DNA of 64,000 bases from Lama guanicoe (lineage: Eukaryota), in contig MU053561.1 of NCBI GenBank assembly GCA_013239625.1, positions 2,031,818 to 2,095,817 of the forward strand, in the 5' to 3' direction. The translations under genes and the position numbers were made by a program. The first letter of the stretch is position 1; the number at the start of each line of letters is the position of its first letter. The notes under the pieces were generated by a model, which was not told where the DNA came from, made no database searches, and saw only the letters and a list, made by a program, of their open reading frames with translations. Shown one piece after another: positions 35,941-46,319 of the stretch.

Positions 35941-38900
35941 GTTGACCCCTTTCTCCCTCATGAGAAGGCTGAGCTCAGAGAAAGGCCCTCAGATACACTA
36001 CTGTTACCAACACTAGCAAGGGCCCTACATTGTGTCAGGCCTCCTCTGAGCACCTGAGCCCTTCACAGCTATTCTGAGTCACAAAGGACGTTGTGCATTA
36101 GGCTGGGCTTAGACCTGTGGCTTGAGGCCCCTACAGATGGGCTTAGGATTTTGCAGATGAAGAAACAGCAGCCGAGAGAGGCAGTGCCTTGCCAGAAGCA
36201 ACATGGCAGCACACACCCGACCAGGACATGGTCTCCTGGCCTCCAGGCCCATGTCCCACAGGCTCTCACTCCAGCTTTGATGGGACCAGTGGGAACTGGT
36301 GAGTGTCTACACATAAAGTGACTGTTTTGTCACCCCATCTTCCCTTCTCACCAGCAAGGAAGCTTCAGTGGAGGGGGTAGGGATGGGAGGAATGGGAGAG
36401 AGACTTGTATGGTGAATTGAGGCCAATGGTGGAGGATCTGGAGACTTTCTAGAGGCAATCAGGAGTTACTGAAGGATTAAGAACAGGCTGACTCCATGGA
36501 AGCAGGCCTTCTGACTGATGAAAAGAGAGGTGGGAAATGCAGGCCACTGGTGAAGTTGTCATAAGTGATCTGAATGCCACAGCTAGGCATGTACAGGAAA
36601 GAGGCAGCGGTCTCACCGACACAGCAAGGTCTCAGTGGATGTAAAAACCGAAAGAGAAGATCCTGGGTAAAGAGCAGCAGGGAACCTGTCCCTGGACTCT
36701 GATCTGGACCCAGGAAGGGTCAAGAGGTCAAGGAGGTGGCCTTGGAGTAGTGGTGACAGTAATTGTGGCCCCACCAGTGAAGGCTGAGACAGGGAGCCAG
36801 CCCCTAGGAGCTAGAGCACAGGGCTGGCCAGCCAGGGATGGTGTGGGCTGGAGCCCGAGGGACCAGTTTACCTCGGGGAGTGCCAGGGGCCAATGTTCTT
36901 CACATGATGCTGTGTTTACAACCCTTGCTCTTTCTGTGTTTATTTTCCTTTTGTTCTCCTTTAAAATTTAATAAAATGTCTTTTTTTAACACATCCAGCT
37001 TGTCTCAGCGGGCTCCAGGGAACCAAGGGTGTTGGTGACCATGCAGTGGGGGTTGGGGGGAGGGGCAGTCTGCAAAGGAGGGGCACCCCGCCCCCCCAAC
37101 CCCACCCCAGGCCAGTGGAAGCAGCAGGGCTGCTAGAGTGAAGGTTCCAGAAGGGCAGGAGGAACTCCTGGTCACTTGCTCTTCTCCCTGGAACATTCTC
37201 CTTGCAGAGTTAACCCCTCAAGACTGGGGATTTTATCACGGGAAGTGAAAACCACTTACCGCCACTCTCCGAGCAGACTTCAGTTCTTGGACTCAGTTTC
37301 ATGCTACAAACCGCGAATCGCCTTGATTTTTCTTACTATTCAGTACACAGTTCCTCGCCAGGAATAATGATTTTTTTTTCTTCCCCCAAAATCTGAAGTA
37401 AAAATGCAATGTTTTAACAACAGTCAACTAAAATTACAAAAACAAAACTCTCTCTCTGCACCCTGGTCTAAAATTCGAAGGAAAGGACAGCAGACTGGTC
37501 TCTCTTACTGAATCCATGTGGGCAACCATTCAAAAATTCAAACTAGGTGTGGGCATCTCGCTTATTGGGTTGCCATTTCTGGTTCCCTTTTTATCTTGTT
37601 GAAAACTACGACACATGATCCCGTGTTCAAGTGTTTCCCCTACCCTGGGATGTCATCTTCTGAGACCAGGTTCAGTTTTCCAGCTCCCAAGGACCCCCAG
37701 TTATCCCTGCTCCCGTGGTACGTCTCCTCCTTAATTCGTATGGCTGTGGTGTCCAAGCTCCAAGTACGTGAGAATTATCCGGGGATGACTCCCTGGCCCC
37801 AACCCAGAACTTCTGAATCAGAATCTTGGGGTGGGATCTGGGGAATCTGAATTTAACTAGCCCTCCAGGTGATTTTAATCAGGCAATCCCAAGACCAAAA
37901 TGCAGGGCTCAACTTTACTGAAGAATCGCCCTGTTTAAACACACACATAGACGTGCCTACACACACAGGCTATCATTTATTAACCATCTGCTTGGTGCAG
38001 GGTCTTTACTAACCTTATCTCCTTTGATCTTTATCCTAACCACAGCCGGCAAGCACCCCCACTTTTATAGTCAAGGAAACAAAGAGGTTAAATAACTTAA
38101 CGAAAGACACAGTGTTGGGAAATGGCAGTGCAAAGTCCATCCCACTCCTCGGCCCTCACCCACTCCTCACTCTCACTGCCTGTGCCCTCTCGAATGGAAA
38201 AGACAGACGCCCTGAGGAACTGAACCTGTGGGCTGGCTCCACTCTCCCCTGCCCCCGGCAGCGGGGCTGTGCCCTACATCTTCCACTTGGTGAAGCCTAG
38301 TGTCTTTCAGATACTTTCTTTCTGGCTTTGACTCTTCTTGACTTATTCTTGGCAGGGTTGAGACCCTCCCTCTCAGTACGGCCCCTCCATCACCTTGTCC
38401 CCTGACCACCTGAAAGGCTGCTAGTCACCCTGACCACCCCCCCACCTTCTGGACTCTTTAAGGAGAACATCAGTAGTTCTCCCATTTGGAACCTCATTCT
38501 CCTCAGGCATTTGGTTTGTCCGGCCATTGTTTCTCGGAACCTCCAGTGACCCGTGTGCCTGCTGCAGGGGTACCAGGGAGGTCTGAGCCAGATGGGGCAG
38601 ACCCTGCTGGAGCCCAGCCCAGTGGTACAGTCAGCTTTCAAACAGCCCCAGGACCCCCTGAAAGAAGTGGTAAAGATCTCTGGAGTCTGAGAGTCAGCCC
38701 CCAGGCTCCGAGAACAAAGGGCTTGCTTTAGTCTTAGGGGAGCATCTTAGGATCCTGGGGTTGTGGGCAGGAAAGATATGTTTGACCCAGTGCTGAGGGG
38801 TACAACTTGAGAGTCCCAAGTGAAGTGTCCTAAGTTCTTTGAGAGGAATGGTAAGGAGTAGAACCAGTCTGCCTAATAGGAGTTGTAATATTGGGGCACT

Positions 38901-39278
38901 CTGGGAAGAACCGACGGACAGAGTTCACCCCTTCTGAGAACATAAAAGAGATTGTGACCCCACCACGGGTAGGGAGGGGGCTTCCCCACCTGACAGGTAT
39001 GGTGGAAAGTGGGCCACGAGAATCAGCTGGGGTCAGAGAGCAGGGATGCCCACCTGGCTAGAACCTCTAGGCTCAAGTTCACAGTCGTGGTGACAGCAGC
39101 TCAGGCTGGCAGGTGCAGCGGGCCAGCACAGCCAGACCCTGAGGGGGCAGGATGGAGGCAGCTCACAAGGAGGCTGGTGGCACACGAGTAACAGGACTGG
39201 CAGTCGTTCCGGGACACAGTTGGAGGGGGATGAAAAGGAAGAGGAGTGTTTTGCTGTGAAGCAGCCTTGCATCTAGAA

Positions 39279-40026
39279 CAAAGGTTGGCAAACTACAGCC
39301 AGGTGCTCAATCTGTCCTTCTGCCTGTTTGCATACGGCCAACATACGAGACTGGGTTTCACAATTTAAATGGTTGGGGAAAATTATGGTATTTCATGCTA
39401 TATGAAAACTATACAACATTCAAATTCAAAACCTAGAGATGATCATACTAAGTGAAGAAAGTCAGAGAAAGACAAATAAAATGTGGTATCCCTTATATGT
39501 GGAATCTAAAAATATGATACAAATGAACTTAGTTACAAAACAGAAACAGACTCACAGATATAGAAAACCAATTTATGGTTACCAAAGGAGAAGGGGGTAG
39601 GGATAAATTAGGAGTTTGGAATTAGCAGATACACATTACTATATATAAAATAAATAAACAATAAGGTCCTACTGTATAGCACAAGGAACTATACTTAATA
39701 TCTTGTAATAAACTATAATGGAAAAGAATCTGAAACAGAATAGATTTATATATATGTGTAACTGAGTCACCTTGCTGTACACCTGAAACTAACACACCAC
39801 TGTAAATCAACTATACTTCACTAAAAAACAACATACAAAATTCAAATTCCGGTGTCCATAAGTAAAGTTTCATTGGAATACAGTCATGCCCATTTACTTC
39901 CATATTGTCTCTGGCTGTTTTTGTGAAAAAAACAGCAGAGTTGAATAATTGTGACAAGTCCCCATGGCGCACAAAGGCTAAATGATTGCTAATTAGTCCT
40001 TTACAGAAAAAAATTGCTGACCCTTG
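39279..40026 (+). mobile_element. MER58B-like hAT-Charlie element interrupted by L1
   Basis: TIRs CAAAGGTTGGCAAAC ... AATTGCTGACCCTTG; 8-bp TSD ATCTAGAA / GGCTAGAA; internal GTGTCCATAAGTAAAGTTTCATTGGAATACAGTCATGCCCATT. Confidence 0.85.
39428..39832 (+). mobile_element. 5'-truncated L1 3' end with 17-bp TSD, inserted in MER58B
   Basis: ACCTAGAGATGATCATACTAAGTGAAG...ATATGTGGAATCTAAAAA...AAATCAACTATACTTC. TSD ATACAACATTCAAATTC (39411-39427) / ATACAAAATTCAAATTC (39833-39849). Confidence 0.9.
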
Positions 40027-42271
40027 GGCTAGAAAAACCCTTGTAATGTCCTCATCAAGTTATTTCTCTAATTGGTTTCCACGATGGCCAGATCAGAAAC
40101 TCGCCCAAGCTGATCCCACGTGGCAGCGCAGGGTCTCTCCACCTGTCCTCTCCCACAGGCGCCGGCCGCTGACCCTGCTGGAAGTCACTGAATGCTCTTT
40201 GGGTTGGGGAGGCCCTTGTCTGGCAGAGAAAACACAACCGTGCTGGGGAATGCGAACCTGTGAAATCCCAGCAGGGAAAGCCCTGTCTCCCTCCAGCCCC
40301 ATTTTTGCCCTTTCCCTGGGCTGCTGGGTCCCGGGTCCAGGGGAGCAGGGCCTCGTGGGGGACCGAGGGGGCTGGGTCTGGGGCTCAGGCAGTGGAGGAA
40401 CATCTGAAACAGCAGCTTTGGAGAGAGGAAACGCCCCGGCCATGCAAAGTCCTCTTTGTTTATCATCACCATTATTAGAAATGTGCACACCCCAGCAAAA
40501 CCAGCGGGTCACACAGTTACAAAAGAGCCTGCCACCCTGGAGCAGGAGGGTTCTGGGCTTTTTCAGCGTGTAGGTTCCAATTCCGGGTACACGGAAGTTG
40601 TTCATCAAAAGAACAAAATGAGTCCATTGTATAGCGAGTTGACTGTCGTCGTCCAGAACAGTATCTTTCATTCTCTGCTTACCCCCAGCACAGGGGTGGG
40701 GGAAGCGGGTCTGAAGTTCCGGGGAACTGTGTGAGCTGGCAACACCTTGGAAGGGAGGCTGATCGGCTTTCTAGTAGGAATTATGATGATATTGCACCCC
40801 ATGGGCCACTGGGCAATGGGGCGGTCTGCCAGCACAGAGCACTGGCTGGCACCCCAGGCTCCGGCCCCCAGCTGGACATGGTCCACACCATCTTGGCTCC
40901 AGGTGTGAAATGGTTCAGGCCAGGCTGATCAACCTCTCAGCAGTTGTGCGGGCTGTAACACGTCTCTTAGCCTCTCTGAGCCTTGGTTCCTCATCTGCTA
41001 AGTGGGAGGGGGGGTTGGGGGAGGGACTGCCACCACTAACCTGGCAGAGCTGTCTTAGCATTATCGAGAGCACAGGTGCCACCCTTAACTGGCCTTGTAG
41101 CTTTCCATAAACTGCAGCCAGTATTACTATCTACTTCCTGATGTCCAACAGAACCGAAGAATCTGTGGCACACAAATGTTATTGCTTTCATGTATGGTGT
41201 CTCTTAGCTCCCCAAGCAGATGGTAAGCTCCCGGGAGGCAGAGGATACCAAGGAATGGATACCATCTGGTTTGGAGCTTGGGGCTTTATGTCAAATACCT
41301 CGCTTCTCTAATTCTCAGCAGCCCCAAACTGGGTACCGTCATCACCTGCATCGTCCACAGTGAAGTTGGGCTTGGAGTGGTTTATGAGAGCAGGCAGGGG
41401 GGAGGGGAAGCATGCTGGGCTTGGACCTCTGGCTCTTCTGTCTCTCCAAGGTCCTCCTCACCACAAGCCCCTTGTCCCCTGCTGGGTTATGGGACTGGCA
41501 CTCAGGCAAGAGGCTGTAGGCATCGCCCACCAGGCTCAGAGCCGAGGACTGCAGCAGCAAAACCTCTAGTTTGACATTTCCTAAAATAGGGGCTGTGTCC
41601 GATTCAGCAGCAGCCAAAATTCAAGAGGCAAAGGCAAGGAAGAATCACTTTCCTTTCAGGAGCGTCTCATGTGGGATGGAAAATAAGCCTGCTGCTTAGC
41701 TGCCTGTGGGCCGGGCAGGTGCAGGGGGGACTGGGGCTGTTCTCCCGCCCCGCCCCCTACCTCCGTACCCATGCCGATCACGTGAAGGCCAAGAAAACTG
41801 ATCCCTCACACTGGGGAAAGGGACACAAGGCACAAGGACAATCAAGTACCCAGAGTCGACCTAAGGGAAGGGAAGAAGCACAGGGGGAACCTGAAAGAGC
41901 AAGGGTGGCAGAGGAGCTACAGGCTGCCAGGAGGCTGCTCCTCCCAGCTTGTAGGAGCCAATGTCAAGATTCTTTGGTAAAATGTCTTTGCCTAGTTAGT
42001 GTTTATTTAAGGATAAGATGACCCAACTACCACTAAATTTAGTGCATGAAAATCAACAGGTGTTTGACTCCAGGAACTGCATTGGGTTTTGCGATTAGTT
42101 TTCTGAGTCCCCTCCTTTCTGGGTTTCATTGTTCCAGAGCTGTGGGCAAGCTGGTTTCCCGTCCTCCCTCACCCTCTCCTCCAGCTTGCAGGGAGTTTAA
42201 ATGCCCCTCTATTATGTAACTTCTTAAGGGGAAAAAAGGATGCTCTTGCAATTTTAATTCTAATTAAAACT

Positions 42272-42465
42272 GGCTAATATATATAAAACAGTCAAGTGAG
42301 AACTTTATACTGTATGGCACAGGGAACAGTGCTCAGTATCTTGCAGTAACTTATAGTGAAAAAGAATATGAAAACGAACATAGGTGTATTCCTATGTGAC
42401 TGAAGCAGTGTGCTGTGCCCCAGAAATCGATGCAACATTGTAAACTGACTATGCTTCAATAAAAA
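42272..42465 (+). mobile_element. Short L1 3' end
   Basis: TACTGTATGGCACAGGGAACAGTGCTCAGTATCTTGCAGTAAC...GAAAAAGAATATGAAA...CAACATTGTAAACTGACTATGCTTCAATAAAAA. Confidence 0.8.
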
Positions 42466-44779
42466 CATTATTAATTAATTTCAAAAATTTGTATGTCAAC
42501 CCCAATCCTATATAGGCACCTATTTCAGCTTAATCAGTGGACCTGATTTTTATTTTTAACGCGTCAGTTTAGTCCGTCTCCTTGGCTTCCATTTAATTCC
42601 ATTACTAACCACAGAGCTGGGAGGTGAGCGCCTTCCTCTCCAAAGGCTCCTATAGGGAGGCAGGATATCTGTTCTCTTGTGCCTCTTCCACCTGCTACCC
42701 TGGAAAACACAGGGTGAAGGCAAAACAGCATATCGTTGAGGGGCTAAAAGCTCGAACGCCCGATGGGTCAGTCCTGCTCTGCCCACTGCACAACATTTTG
42801 GTTTCCTCTGCGAACAGGACCACCCTGTCTCGGAGATGTTGGGAGATGAAATGCTAACTCAGCACAGGACCTGGCACTCGGCGATACTCCCCCAACATGT
42901 CAGGGAGCCTGCAGTAGGTCCCCCCCGACCAGTTTCCCCCACCTGATTCACAAAGGGAGGGTTTTCTGAGAAGAGCTGCTGGCCTGTCCAAGGAATTCCT
43001 TTCCTGCACAAGTGGGAGTGGATCTATTACCAGGCAACTCAACACCTCTGGCATAACAACATTTGCCAGTGATTTATGGTTTACAGAGAGCCTTCAGCGG
43101 CATCAGAGAACGGGGCCTTGGAGGCAGGCTGTGGTACACAGGCCCTGCCTCTCCCAAGATATGAAAACTTGGGCAGCTCCAGAGTGCTGGGAGCTTCTGG
43201 CCCCTTGCTTATAAAGTGGGACTGCAGCTCCCCACCCCCAGGTCTGAGGTCCAGAAGCCGACATGCAGGTAACAGGCATGTGGTGAGTTCTAAAGCCTTA
43301 GTCAGACGTGAGCCATGTCGCTCCATCTTCTCATGGCTTCAGCTTCCAACAGATAGAGCCCTTGAGCAAAGGCTCAGAGACACTACCTATATTGAACGGA
43401 TTCAAATTGTTCGGAAGAGTCTGGCGAAGTGTTGTGTCGTCTGCCTCCTTCCCTCCCTCCCCCCTCCCCCCCACTCGCACATACACGCGCACACACAGCG
43501 TAGCTTCAGACCCCTCCCTCCCAGGTAAGCATCTGAAAGGAGGCAGGCCACTCTTGCTTCTTGTGCCTCCCCTAGGACCACTTGTAAGGAACTTCTTAGC
43601 GTAAAAGGCAGCCTGAGCGGTGACTCACTTTGACAAAACAGATCTGCGGTGCAGCCGTGGCCAGGACAGGTCGGCCGGCTCGCTCGGAGCTCGGTGAGGC
43701 ATCACCTCCCCAGGCACGAACCCGAGCCTCCCGCCATGGCCCAGCTTCCCTGGCTTGTTGGCAGCATGCACAGACATCTGCTCAAGAGAAGGATGCCAGT
43801 CAAGCAGCCGAGGGACATGTGGTTCAACTGCTAGGCCAGCACATTCCTCTTGATAGCATTCACCCTCGGAAGAGGCACGCAGCCCGGTGGGACAGGAGGG
43901 AGCATGGGGCCGGGAGGCAAGGAGCCAGCACTGTGGGCCCAGGTCCGGTCCTATCACTCGGGCAGGAAGTCACTCGACCTCAGCAATTCCCACTCAGCTT
44001 TTGGGTGGTGCTGGTGGGTACCAGACACTCATCATGTTGCCATCCAGCTCCTGACTATGTCCCAGGCTGGGCTCCACCCTGGCTTGCCTCTCAGCTCTAC
44101 CTGCCTTGAGATGCACAGGAGCTGGGGGCCTCTGGAGGGGATGAAGTTGCACCCCAAGGTAAGGAAGTAGAGGGTGTGTCACACTGATGCTTTGGTCTGG
44201 GCCTCTCCCAGAGGTTGTCTGATAAACCCTCTCAGGTCCTGTTAATGCTCTTAGTATCTTCCAGCAGATGTTAATCCCAAATTACAGGTATGTGACTATC
44301 CGACCCCAGTCACTACTCGGACAGGGAAGGAAAAAAAAATTCCCCAGTACTGGAAAGTGTACTCCTGGAGTCCTGGGAATCCTGGGTGGCAGTGGGAGCA
44401 GGGCTCCAATGCTGAGGAATTCACACTCAGAGGGGATTCAAGAGAAGTTCTACTGAAACACCAGGAGGGTATGAGGTGGGTGGGGAGTTCGGAAGAGAAC
44501 TACAGAGTATAAGTATTGCAGCCATAAGTATTGACCTTGCTTAGGAGGCCAAAAGCTTGTGGCCCACAGCGTTCCGGTGTCCACGAGGTAACTACTCATT
44601 CTGGGGAACTGAGCACCACCGCTGCCCACACAAGTTGTAAACACTGCTGTGGACAATGCCTGGACCGAAACGTTCCCTAGCACGAGAGTGGGCATGATAA
44701 TGCATCCAGGTTAATATGCAGGATTCAGCCTCCTCGCTGCGAGTGGCCCAAGGCCAAGTCCTCTACGGACAAAAGCATC

Positions 44780-45600
44780 AAGTTCAACATTTGAAGCACC
44801 CAATCTATGCCAGTTGTGTGGGAGGCAGGCAGGGGAACACGAAACAAGCCGGTGTTCACAATGAGAGAGAAGAACTGACGCAACCCAGGATGGACAGGGG
44901 TAGAAAGATCAGCAGGGAAGGTGGCCTGGGAAGCAGGGAAGGTGCGACATCTCAGCTGATTTTCGAGGCTCGCTGCACCGGAGGAACTGTGTGCTTAGGA
45001 ACCGGAACAGGGTCCGCTTGGCAGAGCAGGTACAAGGCCGAGACGGGCTGTGAAGGACTCCTCGTGGGTTGAAGTCTGACATCCACCCTTGCACAGCACA
45101 GTCATAAGCAGGTTTTAATGTACGGGAGGAGCACAGGTAAGTCAGAATGTTTGAGAAAAAGCCCTTGGATGAGTCAAGAAAAATGGTGGGGAGACAAATG
45201 AACTCACGAAATAACCCTGGTGAGAGGTGAAGGCAACATCAAAAAGGCAGAGATGAGGAACATCACAGAAGGAACACGCAGTACAGATGAGGGGGAAGAG
45301 GATCCTGGAGCTGGCTCGTAGGCAAACATAACAAGACTGTAAAATTGCTCTTTGATGGATCCTAGTTCTTGTGGCCACAGAGGGAGGAGAAAGTCATTCC
45401 AGCCTTCACGGACAGTTCTAGATCCAAAGTCTAGCCAGTGTGAGTGGCTGGCTGAAGAGGCCACTGACCTGGACTTCGACGGTGCCAGGTGAAGTGAGGA
45501 GTGAGGGGGCGACAGAGATGGTGCAAGTGTCAGAGGAGGGGTCAACCAATGAACACTCCAAAGCAGTGATCTGGAAGGACTCCAGAGAGTTCTCATCCTC
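44780..45600 (-). mobile_element. Degenerate L2 fragments
   Basis: Begins TTCAACATTTGAAGCACCCAATCTATGCCAG (reverse of the L2 3' end) and continues in purine-rich L2-like sequence. Boundaries rough. Confidence 0.45.
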
Positions 45601-46319
45601 CGACTGGAAGGTTTAAGGAGCAGCAGCAACAGGCAGGTCGCAGGCAAGGGAATGAAGGATTTTACACAGTTAAAAAACCAAGTTTTTTGATGACAGTTAT
45701 AGAGAAGATCATTGGACTTAATGAAATTTAGCCCAGAAGAGAGGCCATCGGAGGGGCAAGGCTGGGGATGCTTGAGAACTGGATCGAGGAATCTGGAAGC
45801 AAGTTGGTGACCGGGCAAGGTCAACAGTTTCTCTTTATACCCTCCAAGTTTCCATCAACCAATCAAGGATCACTTGATCACTTCTATACTGCTCTTCAAA
45901 TGTGAAGAAACCATGGTAGCAGTTGTATATAGTAGAGTTGAAGTTATTCTGGTTCTCTTATTGAGATGTTTTGGGACCAAGGTCAAGCTCAAGAGAACCT
46001 AGCCTTTAGCACTGAGTCAAACCAACTGCCAGTGAAGGGGGACTTCAAGACCACACCATCTAATGTAGATGACAGCTGAGAGACTGAGGTCGGTAACAGA
46101 GCTCAGTTTAAATCAGTCCAGCACCTTGCAGAAGAGTCTAAATATTAAGGGAATTATGGCCCCCAAGGTACCCACATATTCCTTCCCCCAGAGAAGGCAC
46201 CATCTTTCAGACAAGCATCCAAGGCTGATAATGTTGATAACCACTTACCATGTGCGACATGTTTCCAGAAACCTAAAATAAGTTCACCATTGAGGAGGCA
46301 CAAAGAAACGAGCATAAAT

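Noticed and set aside
39986..40671. Opposing 195-aa and 192-aa ORFs
   Set aside because: One begins inside a MER58 terminus. Both are Gly/Pro/Trp-rich with no homology I can recognise.
45204..45824. 206-aa ORF on - strand
   Set aside because: Non-ATG start, Ser/Leu/Pro-rich composition with no domain, largely overlapping degenerate L2 sequence.
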